From Flectonema sp. DT1601 (taxonomy: Eukaryota), in assembly GCA_964019425.1 (NCBI GenBank), contig OZ025781.1, positions 930,001-994,000 on the forward strand: 64,000 nucleotides of DNA, in the 5' to 3' direction. This document shows, piece after piece, positions 8,939-19,751 of this stretch. Each line of letters begins with the position of its first letter. Positions within the stretch are counted from its first letter, which is position 1. The position numbers and the translations under genes were made by a program. Under the pieces are notes generated by a model, which searched no databases, was not told the origin of the DNA, and was given only the letters and a program-made list of their open reading frames with translations.

Positions 8939-11755
8939 TCAGTCCATCTCTTGTAAAGGACTGAGGTTAGCGACATTATCAAAATTCTGATTCTCAATGT
9001 GAGTACTGCTGTACCCACGACGAGGAATTCCATCTTGTTGTAAGTCATCAAAAGACGGAATGTGAGTAACAGAAGTAGCTCGTCGTAAATTATTCATCGG
9101 CACAAATGGGAGTGCAGGAGCTGGAGCAGCCATGTTTTCTGGAGAGTTGCGAAGTCTGACTCCGACTCGACCTCCACCTGGAGAAGGAGGACCTGACTCA
9201 CCAACTGATAACATATTATTTAATGATGAATTCGCAGATGGAACAGAATTAGCACCTCCAACTGGAGGAGCTAAATGTGAAGTTCCAACAGACGAGCCGC
9301 CAATTCCCAAGACTCTCGATGATGAGTGAGATCTGTTATTCCATTTCGTTAACATATCAACAACTTGTTCTTGAAATGATCCCTCTTGTGAGTCCATCAA
9401 TAGCGATCCAATTGTATTCTCAGCAGCAGCTGTACTGGCGACTGATATAGCGTCACCTCCACCAATACGAGAATTTGAGATACTGGTGTTACCAAAAGTA
9501 TTCAAAGTATGAAGTGGAGATGCTGGAACTGATGATCTATCAACTGATCCCATTTTTAACACTCGAGTAGGTGCTGGAATTGATGAAGCCACCATACTAT
9601 CTGAAGGAGACATTGAAACACCAGAAGAAGGAGAAGGTTGAGGTTGATAAAGTGGAGATATATCTGTGAGAGATCCTAACAGAGAAAGAGCTGTTGGTAT
9701 TCTATTAATAGCTGACCTATCAGTTGTGATTGGTATTGCACGAGGGTTATTATGAAGTCCAACTAAATTAATTCGATAGTCTAACTCTGCCTGACAGACG
9801 GATGACAACCAATCACAGTCAGGATCACAAGACATTGTCCACTTAGTACGTGTTGACCATGTCGGCCACTCTCCTCCTTTCAAGTCTTCCTGTCGATTCA
9901 TACGAACAGTTTCAATTGTTTGCTGATCAAAATATGAACCAACAGCCCACATAATAACAGAATAGTCACTACTACAAGAAGCAAACCCTAAACCAGTTGA
10001 AGGAAGTGTTGTTATTCCAGTTACCCTCTCAGTGTGAACTACGAGATCACAAATACAATCCTCAACAGGATCAATAATTGATTTAAATGGTCTGTAAGCA
10101 GTGTATGGCATTATCTGTGAATAGAAATCTTGAGTATAATTATCTTCATGGGGGCTTTCAGTGTGGCGTTCGTTTCTACTTGTAGTTGACTCTCGATCGT
10201 GATTATTTGCTGTCAGAGTGTCACGTTTTTCTTTGTGTTTTGATTTGCTGAAGAATGAGCGAAGTAGTCCTCCGGGAGAAGTCGTCGATCCTTTTTTTGA
10301 TAAAACATTTCCAGTGTTGGTTCTTCCTATCTCTGCGAGAGTAGGAGGGTGTGACATACTTCCATTATTATGTGAGGGGTTTACGTTGCTGTTACTGCGA
10401 GAACGAGAAGGATCGCTGTGTGCACTTCCAACATTTCCGAGATTCCCAGAACCATATCCCTGAAGGAAATGATGAGTCTTCTGTTCTCGAGTAAAGATGT
10501 CCCAAACTTTGATAGCGCAGTCCTCAGAACCAGTTACAAGAAACTGACCATCACATCCTGGAAGCCATTTTATTTGAGTCACCGCCAGTCTATGTGGATG
10601 AGTTAATCTACAGAGAGGTTCCGCTGTTTCAACTCGCTTTCCATTCTCAACGCAGTCAGGAAATGGTAAAACCGCTACATAATTACCTCCAGCAACAGCC
10701 ATACAAGAGTGCCTCGCGAGTACAGCAATGGATCTGATTGAAAGATCTTCTCTTGCTCTCTGAGATGAACTCACTTTACATTTAAATAATTTCGGGAGTG
10801 AGAAGTATCGATGGGGAAGAAGTGTCTTCGATCCCCAAATTACAATCTTTCCCTGGTCGTCACCAGTCACAAATTCTGATCTCTCTAACATTCCTACCAT
10901 TTGTGTTATGGAAGCACCTGATTCGTGAGGACCTTCAATCGGCTGGACGCGTTTTTTTGAACCGCGTTGACTGAAGGCGGTGACCAGAGTGTAAACAAAT
11001 ATCTTATGACTATTACCTGACACTGATGCTATACTTGACGCATCTAATGCAAGAAGTAGTGAAACATCTTTAGAAGTCGCCCACTGAGGAGACCAGTCAG
11101 CACGCTCAACGAAACCCATGCAACTTGTCTCTGCCATTGAAAGAGGTGAGTTTTCACCAGCGCTGTGAACTCCCCTGCTGTGAATTATTTGTGTGATTTG
11201 ATCATCTCCTCCCTCAGGTGGTAACGTTGCGGCGTTTGCTGTTGGAGCAGCAGTCCACAAACAAATCAATGGATCCACACCAGCCGTAACCAATAAGTGT
11301 GCATGCCCTGGTACTGATGCTAAGCAATGAACAGCACCTTTATGTTTCCCTCGAAGTACTGTTAATCTGCTTCCGTTAGTTAATGACCAGAGAGTTACAT
11401 TTGGATCTCTTGTAATACAACTCGCTAATATATTTAATTCAGCCAGTGGTAGTAGTGCTCTGACTGCTCGTTTTCGTGGTCTAAATAATAAATTGTCTTC
11501 GGAGTCGCTCGAGTCTAAGTCTGTTGTTGTGTTTGCATCTATTCTTAATTTAGCAACTCGCTTGGCTAAGTCCCAAACCAAAACCATTCCATCATCAGCT
11601 CCACTAGCAATAGTCTCAGAGTCAATTGTAACAATACACCTGACGATATCTTGATGACCAGTGAATACACTGCAGTGATCAAAACATCCTTTCATAGGAT
11701 TATCTCCCTCATCTCTTTGCGACTTTCCCGTATTGGCACTTCCATGGTTTCCCAT
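8939..11755 (-). CDS. WD40-repeat protein with likely N-myristoylation and a disordered tail
   Basis: GH..WD-type repeats (TGHQDIVRC..SGADDGMVLVWD; TGSEDCAIKVWD; SCSSDYSVIMW). First ATG gives MGNHGS. Confidence 0.85.
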   Translation of the reverse strand: MGNHGSANTGKSQRDEGDNPMKGCFDHCSVFTGHQDIVRCIVTIDSETIASGADDGMVLVWDLAKRVAKLRIDANTTTDLDSSDSEDNLLFRPRKRAVRALLPLAELNILASCITRDPNVTLWSLTNGSRLTVLRGKHKGAVHCLASVPGHAHLLVTAGVDPLICLWTAAPTANAATLPPEGGDDQITQIIHSRGVHSAGENSPLSMAETSCMGFVERADWSPQWATSKDVSLLLALDASSIASVSGNSHKIFVYTLVTAFSQRGSKKRVQPIEGPHESGASITQMVGMLERSEFVTGDDQGKIVIWGSKTLLPHRYFSLPKLFKCKVSSSQRAREDLSIRSIAVLARHSCMAVAGGNYVAVLPFPDCVENGKRVETAEPLCRLTHPHRLAVTQIKWLPGCDGQFLVTGSEDCAIKVWDIFTREQKTHHFLQGYGSGNLGNVGSAHSDPSRSRSNSNVNPSHNNGSMSHPPTLAEIGRTNTGNVLSKKGSTTSPGGLLRSFFSKSKHKEKRDTLTANNHDRESTTSRNERHTESPHEDNYTQDFYSQIMPYTAYRPFKSIIDPVEDCICDLVVHTERVTGITTLPSTGLGFASCSSDYSVIMWAVGSYFDQQTIETVRMNRQEDLKGGEWPTWSTRTKWTMSCDPDCDWLSSVCQAELDYRINLVGLHNNPRAIPITTDRSAINRIPTALSLLGSLTDISPLYQPQPSPSSGVSMSPSDSMVASSIPAPTRVLKMGSVDRSSVPASPLHTLNTFGNTSISNSRIGGGDAISVASTAAAENTIGSLLMDSQEGSFQEQVVDMLTKWNNRSHSSSRVLGIGGSSVGTSHLAPPVGGANSVPSANSSLNNMLSVGESGPPSPGGGRVGVRLRNSPENMAAPAPALPFVPMNNLRRATSVTHIPSFDDLQQDGIPRRGYSSTHIENQNFDNVANLSPLQEMD

Positions 11756-12129
11756 CTTCTTCAACCCCGCCTGTTGTGAATTGTATAAACTATGTACGTT
11801 AGTATTAGGTACTTTAAATTTCTTTATCAGAATCAGAGCTTGCCAGTTAGACGGCTTCCCCTGCTGCAGTAGTTTTAATAAAATGTGTCTTTCTGTGTCT
11901 TTTGAATAATAATAAATTAATAATCAAAAAAAATACGACAGCCACTGGTGTTAAAAGTGACAAAGCTAGGAGAGGTCGTTAAAGTCTCATGTAATTGAAT
12001 AAGGCTTTGTGAGGAATCGTTCGACATGACTACGAGAACACCGTTAATTTCAATTATTCCATTTGAATACTTCTCGCAGTGTAACTCCAGCTAGGCATGA
12101 GAGAGCAACCGTTCAAAAGGATAAAATAT

Positions 12130-13614
12130 TTAAAACCAAGTCGTCACGGGAATGATTGATCCCCCGCCAAGCGCCTTTTTCAGGGAAGGAAGTGGTCCAT
12201 CTTTTATCCAATGTGATAATATTGAAACAGGTTCTGAGAACAATTGTGAGAACGGTATCGGAGTCCCATTCATCAAAAAGACAGATCCTCCTGGTTGAGC
12301 ATGAAGGAATTTTAGAACAAAAGAGTCGCTACTCACTGGCGACAAGAGATGGAATGGGACTGCAAAGATTGGTAGTGAAAACAACACAACAACAGACACA
12401 AGTATTACTTCTTGTAATAATCTAAGAGATCCATAGCAACTCAACATGAATATAAAATAAACACAAATTGTTGGAAACAAAAACGAACACAAAGCGAAAG
12501 CTATTATACTAACGAGCTTCTGATGTGCATCAAAAGAATGAGAATCAATTATATTCTTTAAGGGGTTGAACTTCTTTCCAGTCATTTGACGAGACAACTC
12601 AACAACGACACCCTTGACAGTACTGTACAATATTCCAAATAGAATATAAACAATAATATACTTAAAGAACAAAACAGATAGTAAGTCAGTAAACAAACCA
12701 ACTATTCCAGATAGCCCCAGTACACCAGAAATTAATAATATCATCACCATCCCAACATCACAACAAATACCTGAAAGTAATAAGTTCACAGAATCTGGAA
12801 CTTGCAATCGTAGAATTCGTAACAGAACTTTAGAACCCAAAAATGAATTGAGTTCTGTATTTCCTTTAAAACCAGCAGGCCATCCTAATAGCCATTCCGT
12901 GTAATCAATTGTGTTGTTGTCAATTATAAGAACCACTTCACGTAACTTATCAGAAATACTGACGACACCTTGCAAGGAGGTATTATCAGAGTCGTTTCTC
13001 TCCATGAATGAAGTAAACCTAAACAACTCACTGCTATCCTCAACCACAAGTGTTTGTATCACTCCCACTAACAGCACACCTGCTATTGCATCCAACAGTA
13101 ACATTGCACACCACGCTGTAAGACAATGTTGACGTTTCTCACTATAGAAAAGACTTTTTGTCTTACACCATTTGTGTCTTATGATCGCATAAAAAGTCGA
13201 CCACGACAGGAATTGAACTGCATGAGATTTTTTAAGTTCCGCCGGAGCTGTCAAATTGATAGGGTTGGTGGGGGTGTTGTATATCACATGCGATACCCAT
13301 CTCCAGTCTATTCCAGTTGTTGTGACTACAGAAGGATCAACTAAGTGTTTAGAATGTGAGTACTCTCGGTATCCTTTCAAATCTAGTTCTTGTTGTAAGA
13401 ATGTTGCTTCCCGTCCTCGGCTCTCGTACCAAATAACAGACCATCGGTCTGCACCCGTAATGGTAATTGTTTTAAGATTACCCTCAACAAAAAGTGAAGT
13501 TATGATATCTTTCGACTTGTCAAATACGATTGCTTCTCCCAATCTGTGTCCTCTCACAGGGACTTTGTCACGAAATTCCGTTCCCTTTTTAATAAATAAC
13601 ACCACGTGATTCAT
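12130..13614 (-). CDS. PIGQ: GPI-GlcNAc transferase subunit Q (Gpi1)
   Basis: WLLGWPAGFKGNTELNSFLG and GKKFNPLKNIIDS..FDAHQ match Gpi1 motifs; multiple TM segments. Confidence 0.85.
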   Translation of the reverse strand: MNHVVLFIKKGTEFRDKVPVRGHRLGEAIVFDKSKDIITSLFVEGNLKTITITGADRWSVIWYESRGREATFLQQELDLKGYREYSHSKHLVDPSVVTTTGIDWRWVSHVIYNTPTNPINLTAPAELKKSHAVQFLSWSTFYAIIRHKWCKTKSLFYSEKRQHCLTAWCAMLLLDAIAGVLLVGVIQTLVVEDSSELFRFTSFMERNDSDNTSLQGVVSISDKLREVVLIIDNNTIDYTEWLLGWPAGFKGNTELNSFLGSKVLLRILRLQVPDSVNLLLSGICCDVGMVMILLISGVLGLSGIVGLFTDLLSVLFFKYIIVYILFGILYSTVKGVVVELSRQMTGKKFNPLKNIIDSHSFDAHQKLVSIIAFALCSFLFPTICVYFIFMLSCYGSLRLLQEVILVSVVVLFSLPIFAVPFHLLSPVSSDSFVLKFLHAQPGGSVFLMNGTPIPFSQLFSEPVSILSHWIKDGPLPSLKKALGGGSIIPVTTWF

Positions 13615-13937
13615 TAGAAAGTATCAGTTACTGAGTCATGTAATTCTGTTAAGATCGTCTTTATGAGCGAAGTTGAGTAAGAAATATTAGTTTTCTAATA
13701 AATAAATAACTTAATTCGAACACTCAAAAAAAAAAACAATAATTTTTTATTAAAAGATGGCTGCAATCACAAAAAGAAAACTGATTTTTCATCACCATAA
13801 CAGTGTGACTGAAGCTTGTGACTAAAAACAGCCTGGCGGTGTAAATGAAAAGAAGCTCAAGAGGGGAAGTGTAAATAAAAAATGATCTGTCGCTACTTAT
13901 AAATATTGTAATTGATAAAGTCATAAAGGTCGAGAAT

Positions 13938-16900
13938 TTAAGTTGTGATGTCAGGACCAACGTTACTAATAATTAATTGTCTTTCAAAGTCTTCCGACAC
14001 AACCAGATTCTCTCGACTCCGACGAGAGCAAACCGGAGACCACCTCTCAGCAGACCCAGCTGGTTGCGGGACAGCATAATTGGCAAGTCCTTGAGACTTG
14101 TTCTGACGACTAGCAGCTTCGCGAAGCAACAGATCCCATTGAGAGAAACTATTTAGAATTAAAGTACTCCCTCCAACACTTGAGAGGAGGTGAGATTTAG
14201 AAACCAAATCCTTTTTCAAGTAATCAATTTTACGACGCATTCGAGATTTCGGTAGCAGGTCACTTGGATGTTGAGGGACGTCTGTTGATGAGATGCAAAG
14301 AGACTTCCACTGATCCCTTCCTGACTTCTTACCAACAGTATACCAAGGGACTCTACGAGAAGTTAAACAATTAACGTCTTGTTGGGACCTCTGTCTCCAT
14401 CTGGTCTCTCGTTGTTGTTGAATCGAACCAACATAGTTTCGAATAATACAATCTCGTACATTACTTTCTGTTGATATCATTTGTTTTCTTGAGAGGGTTT
14501 CGAACTGGAGGTGATGATGTTGATCTCTCTGTTTGATAGTTTTGTAAATATCTTTTTTAACATCCTTTAAGTCACAGCTGAGTACCACCCACACCACTAA
14601 CTCTTCAACAGCTAACTTAGCTCTGCGTTGAGTCTCACTTGCAAATAGTAAGTCTCTTCGACATCTGTTTCTCTCTCTCATCAAAGACAGTTTTTCTTCT
14701 GACGTTCCTGACTGTGAAAGAGTTTTCCAACTAATTGATTCTTCTGTTTGGATTTCTGTGAATAAAGACATTTGCGTAGCTGTGAGTTCATTTCTACAAC
14801 TGTTGAATAAAATAGTCTGCTTTCGTAACCAACGTTGTTTCACATCTTCAATTGATGTCGTTGCTTCACTGCGGTGGTTGTTCCAGTTGTTCAATTCTGA
14901 TGATGTTAACACTTCTCTCATTCCAACTTCTTCTCTAATAATTAATTGTCTAATTAGTTCATTACTTTCTATTCGAGATTGAATTCGTCGATTAGCAGCT
15001 GCTACATTATTATCAGATTCTCGTTGTAGTTCCAGTCTGTTGATGACTTCCTCTTCTCGTAGTGATATTACTTCCGTAATATGAAGTGAGGTTAGTTCGT
15101 ATTCCTCTTCGAGAAACTTTCGAAGTACAAATTGTGAATGCTGCAGATTGTGTGTCACAGCTGCGGTCAATTCTTTTTGTAAATTAATGTCAATTTGAAA
15201 ATTTTGTTGTAAAGTCTGATGTTGGAATTGTGTTTCCGTTTCCAGAGAAGTTCTTTCTTGCGATTCGATATTTTCAATTATCGAAGATGAGTCGATTGAT
15301 GTCCAGTTGAGATCATCAGTTTCAGTCGCTGATGAGATGGACTCTGTCTTTGGACTACTCGGTTGGTGACCACCACCACCACCACCATCAGGTCTTTCAC
15401 TCACTTCTTCTGGTTGATGACCACCATCAGGTCTTTCATTCACTTCTCCCAGTTGATTATTTTCACTCACGTCTTCCTTTTGATTAATTGTTGGCATCGA
15501 TAAAGACTCCTCTGACTGACTTCCATCATCTGAGAAGTCAGAATACGTCGCATTCAAATCTTTTACTTTCTTACTTATCATCACTTTCTCATCATCAGTT
15601 GCAGTCTCTGGCTTCTTCAATTCTGATGCTTCGCTTGAGTCAGTTGGGAAGGATGGGTTAAGATCTCGCAGTAGTCCTGAGGAGTGACCAACGTCATCAT
15701 TATTGGAATCCGAGTTTACTTCAGAGAACTCTGAATAAGTTCCGTCCAAAGGTTTTGGATTCCGAACTGCCTCTGATTGCCCAGAGTTGTTTGCTGTCAT
15801 CTCCATCGGTGGCTGACTACTCTCATCGGGTTGCATTTTAATATCTTCTGTTGTGAGAACTGAACAACCGTCGTTCTTCACTTCTTCAGAGCTGTTCAGT
15901 CTGCTGTGCGTTTGATCATCGTCGTGACTTTCTATTAAATTAGTTGTTGGTTGAGGTTCACTCTCCTCATTTAAGATGTTATTAATTAATTGAGTTGCCA
16001 CTTCCTCGTCTGAAATATCTGAGGACTTAATTTCTTCATTACTTTTAGTATGTTGTTGAAGTACTTGATTCGAAGGACTATTTTCTTCATTTAAAATATC
16101 AGATTCCGTAATCAGCTCATTTGACATCTCATCGCGTACTACTTGTGATTGATTGCTGACATCATGTGAGTCGATTCCTTTTGATTGCAGGTTGGGATCG
16201 TTGCCGTCATCATGGTTTGTTTTAATTAATTGTGAAGTGTCGAGTTGGTGTTCAGAATTATATTTATGACAGTCATCACTCTCACTGAGTGAAGGTTCAG
16301 ATAATGAAACACTTTGTGAGGTGTTCGATTGGTCATCAGACTGTCGATTAATTAATTCCTCAGATTGTGAGAGAGAACTGATACTTCGTTCTGACTGCGA
16401 TGGAATCGAATTAACTTCTTTCTTCTCAACAACATCTTCTGGACTAGAATACGAATGGCTGTCCTCATCATGTGTGGATGCATTCTTTAAAAACCTATTC
16501 GTTGGATTAGTATTCTCTTGGTGTTGTTTATCAGAGTCGGGATTCTTCTTCTTTTTTTTCTTCTTCTTGCTTTGCGATCCCTTCTTGAATTCATCTTTTC
16601 CGATGGAGTTCACTTCTTGCGGTTGAGTGGTCAGCTCATTGGAAGTAGTTGTTTTATTTTTAGTTTTCTTTCCTTGAATGGGAGTTTTGGATTCACAAGA
16701 AACTACTTCAGGAGGAGGAGTCTTTTCTTTTTTTCGCTTCTTTTTACCATTTTTTTGAGAAGGATTTTGACACTCGCTAATTAGATTCTTTTCACCCTCC
16801 GATGCGGAATCGCGAAGAGGGGATCTAGTCTGCTTTTGTTTCTTTTTGTTGTTCTTTTTTTTGGGCTTGTCGGGAGGCGTATCTTCGATGTTGCCAGTTG

Positions 16901-17216
16901 GTACCTCCGCAGGGATTGTGTTCCTGGCGTGTTTTCCTCTTTCCTTTTTTTTGTTGCCTCCCTTGGCAGTTTTCCCGATGTTGTCGCTTCCAATACCACT
17001 GACGTAGTCTGTGGTGTCGTTTGTGTTCAAGGCCGTTTGAGGTCTACTCTTGTTGTTTCTCACTTGTCCATTCTTTTTAGCTGAAGTTCTCGGTCGCTCT
17101 CTTGAGCTTTTCTCATCGCCATCGTGTTGGTGTTGATTTTTCTTTTTCTTATTCTGGACGGGTTCTTCGAGTGGTTCAAAATCAAGATCTGAGTAATCCG
17201 AATAGCCGTCACTCAT
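13938..17216 (-). CDS. Hypothetical protein: K-rich and acidic low-complexity N-terminal half, coiled-coil C-terminal half
   Basis: About 1090-aa ORF; first ATG at 17216 follows an AG; internal repeat EV.ERPDGG..HQP twice. Confidence 0.75.
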   Translation of the reverse strand: MSDGYSDYSDLDFEPLEEPVQNKKKKNQHQHDGDEKSSRERPRTSAKKNGQVRNNKSRPQTALNTNDTTDYVSGIGSDNIGKTAKGGNKKKERGKHARNTIPAEVPTGNIEDTPPDKPKKKNNKKKQKQTRSPLRDSASEGEKNLISECQNPSQKNGKKKRKKEKTPPPEVVSCESKTPIQGKKTKNKTTTSNELTTQPQEVNSIGKDEFKKGSQSKKKKKKKKNPDSDKQHQENTNPTNRFLKNASTHDEDSHSYSSPEDVVEKKEVNSIPSQSERSISSLSQSEELINRQSDDQSNTSQSVSLSEPSLSESDDCHKYNSEHQLDTSQLIKTNHDDGNDPNLQSKGIDSHDVSNQSQVVRDEMSNELITESDILNEENSPSNQVLQQHTKSNEEIKSSDISDEEVATQLINNILNEESEPQPTTNLIESHDDDQTHSRLNSSEEVKNDGCSVLTTEDIKMQPDESSQPPMEMTANNSGQSEAVRNPKPLDGTYSEFSEVNSDSNNDDVGHSSGLLRDLNPSFPTDSSEASELKKPETATDDEKVMISKKVKDLNATYSDFSDDGSQSEESLSMPTINQKEDVSENNQLGEVNERPDGGHQPEEVSERPDGGGGGGHQPSSPKTESISSATETDDLNWTSIDSSSIIENIESQERTSLETETQFQHQTLQQNFQIDINLQKELTAAVTHNLQHSQFVLRKFLEEEYELTSLHITEVISLREEEVINRLELQRESDNNVAAANRRIQSRIESNELIRQLIIREEVGMREVLTSSELNNWNNHRSEATTSIEDVKQRWLRKQTILFNSCRNELTATQMSLFTEIQTEESISWKTLSQSGTSEEKLSLMRERNRCRRDLLFASETQRRAKLAVEELVVWVVLSCDLKDVKKDIYKTIKQRDQHHHLQFETLSRKQMISTESNVRDCIIRNYVGSIQQQRETRWRQRSQQDVNCLTSRRVPWYTVGKKSGRDQWKSLCISSTDVPQHPSDLLPKSRMRRKIDYLKKDLVSKSHLLSSVGGSTLILNSFSQWDLLLREAASRQNKSQGLANYAVPQPAGSAERWSPVCSRRSRENLVVSEDFERQLIISNVGPDITT

Positions 17217-17714
17217 ATGGTCATTCTGAGAGAGAATTACTTCTTTATAAGTAAACACACAACACACTAATTAGATTAAATATGAAAACGCATTGTTCCG
17301 AACTAACTCGATGCGCTGTTTTCAATAAAATAACTTATGAAAAAATATATTAATTCTCAGAATAAGATGCGTAACTTCTTCTTCTATTATTGCGGGTTTG
17401 GGAACTGGAAATTAGTAGCGAAAAAGCACATCTTCAGTTTTGTGAGTATTGACATTCAGACTGGCACTCGTTGGACAGGAGCGAGTTGCCAGACTTTTTT
17501 TTATTACTCAAAGCGATTGCTACAAATACTTCAAGTGAATCAAGCTCTGATAATATGGAAATAAAATATAATTTTTTTTTTTTGTTTCTTCGTTTGTAAT
17601 TAACAAACTGACTACTTACACAAATAGAAAACAAAACAACCGACGAATATAAACAAAAAGTTTATATTTTAATTTAATTAAAGGTACAGAACTAGTAAGT
17701 AGTGAAGTGTCTCC

Positions 17715-18686
17715 TTAAGGGTAATCATCAAATCTTTTACACTTGCTGCCGCAACCCTTGCCAGTGTTTTGCATTGCGTTTACGACTGACCACTCGATCG
17801 GTTTCGTGAAAAAGAAGTCTTTTAAATTACGAAACCAACCTTTATCAAAGAAACTGTGTCGTTGTTGACAACACAGAGGTAGAGTTGTTGAAGAATGTAG
17901 ATAAAGGCATTGATCTGGTCGAAGCTTTTCAAGAGATGTTTTGTTAACGAATATCAACTTTAAGTGAAAGAATAATAATTTAGTTACACTACAACCGGCT
18001 AGAAATGATAATAATAATAATAAACTATTAACTGCCGTGTCTAACCTAAACGATGTCGAAACTGACAGAAAACAGAAACGAGCAGTTTGAAAACTTAACA
18101 TTGCTTGGGTTAATAGAAATAACATGAAAGCAGGTTTATTCTTTCCTCCAACACAGTTGTTAATCCACCAACAGTGATGATCAAAGGTATATATACATCT
18201 ATTACAATTATTGCAATGTTTTGTTCTCATTGGTTGGCGAGTTACGCAAACTCTACAACTGCTTTTTACAATTTTAGGATCAGAAATATGATCACTAATA
18301 ACAACCCCAGACACTCCTGGATCGCCTCTCGAGTGTTCTCTCTTTGGTCTGATCAATCCTGGATCAGATGTTAATAAGAAGATATAAAGACCTACTGCCA
18401 GACACATTATTATTAATCCTTTCTTTGCTTCTTCATTATCAAACAATTTCCACGGCGTTGTAACTGTGCTACAGCTCACTACAGTTACAAACATCACCGC
18501 GTGTGATAAAATATAAATTGGTACCAGTTTCGTCCTCAGGTGTTGCAGCCTTCCTCTTTTTGGTCTTGTTGAGTATCGTTCATTTACAAAGAAACTTTCA
18601 ATTAGCTCTCCTTCAGAGAAAGTAATTGGATCTTCATCTCTTTGTTCTGATGGTGAAGCCTCTCTACTGCTGCTGACTCGCATCAT
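17715..18686 (-). CDS. DHHC palmitoyltransferase (ZDHHC family)
   Basis: DPG, CRVC..QPMRTKHCNNCNRCIYTFDHHCWWINNCVG..N, NKTSLE, FDKGWFRN; four TM segments. Confidence 0.95.
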   Translation of the reverse strand: MMRVSSSREASPSEQRDEDPITFSEGELIESFFVNERYSTRPKRGRLQHLRTKLVPIYILSHAVMFVTVVSCSTVTTPWKLFDNEEAKKGLIIMCLAVGLYIFLLTSDPGLIRPKREHSRGDPGVSGVVISDHISDPKIVKSSCRVCVTRQPMRTKHCNNCNRCIYTFDHHCWWINNCVGGKNKPAFMLFLLTQAMLSFQTARFCFLSVSTSFRLDTAVNSLLLLLSFLAGCSVTKLLFFHLKLIFVNKTSLEKLRPDQCLYLHSSTTLPLCCQQRHSFFDKGWFRNLKDFFFTKPIEWSVVNAMQNTGKGCGSKCKRFDDYP

Positions 18687-18970
18687 GTTCTACGACTCTT
18701 GACTGAAAAAGATAATAAACCAAATATTGTAAATATTTGTATGAAGACTAACGCTGTACTTCTCAATTCTAACAGATTTAGAAAGAAGTCAGTTTGGTCA
18801 GAATACGGTGACCACTATTCTTAAATTAGTATTTTGAAGGAATAGAATCTTACTGAAGGAACTATTAAATAATAGTACGTAACTAAAAGTAATAAATAAA
18901 AACATCATCACAGATGGTAGTTCAGCAGACAAGTAGAAATGGTATCTAAATTATAACTAACTCGGAAGTG

Positions 18971-19564
18971 TCATTTCTTGTTGTCTTTTAGTTCAATTGG
19001 TTGCGTTGTTTGTTGATCTTCATTTTCAACTGCCTCACCTTGTATAGCAGTCCTCACCATTGCGATTAAGGCCCTGCGTAAGATGACGCGTTCAACAACA
19101 GAAAGGGTTTTTTCAGGGATGCTCTCACCCGGTGCCGCAGGAAGAAGAGATGAAATTATCTGCTGCGCTGATAACAGCGTCTTGACACCTAAAGAAGTAT
19201 CTTCACTAATGGGTTGTTGTAATCGTTGGAGTGATCCGTTAGTATCAAATGTCATGGCTCGCCTTGCTTCATCTCCTAATGCTCTCCCTTGAAGCATTGC
19301 TATACCATTTCCGAAATATCTAAACATATCTCTATCCATCTTACCTGACTTCATACTTTTAGACTTTGAAGTCTCTCCCTTCTTTGATCCGTAAATTGGA
19401 GGAACCAACCATCCTTTTACTACAATCTTCTCTTCTTTTGTCTTTACGCTTCTTACGCTTCTTACCATGTGTGAGGATTCTGTTGGGGTGAAAGTAGGTA
19501 ACTTGTTCCTTTCGAGTCTGCAATCTAAAGGATGACTACCTTCACACCCTCGAATTGTGTTCAT
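18971..19564 (-). CDS. Hypothetical protein, 197 aa
   Basis: ATG ORF on the gene strand directly after an AG; no domain recognised. Confidence 0.55.
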   Translation of the reverse strand: MNTIRGCEGSHPLDCRLERNKLPTFTPTESSHMVRSVRSVKTKEEKIVVKGWLVPPIYGSKKGETSKSKSMKSGKMDRDMFRYFGNGIAMLQGRALGDEARRAMTFDTNGSLQRLQQPISEDTSLGVKTLLSAQQIISSLLPAAPGESIPEKTLSVVERVILRRALIAMVRTAIQGEAVENEDQQTTQPIELKDNKK

Positions 19565-19751
19565 CTAAAAAGTGGATTAAAGAAAAATAATAAATCACTT
19601 TAACATCAGACGATTGATGAGCAGCTTCAACCAGACAAAAAAAGTGAAAAGGGTCTGGGAGCCACAATGAGAATGCTAACCTGTTTGTGTGCAAATGATG
19701 TACTCGACCACCTCCTAGTTAGAGATGACAACAAGACTGCCTTCAATAACT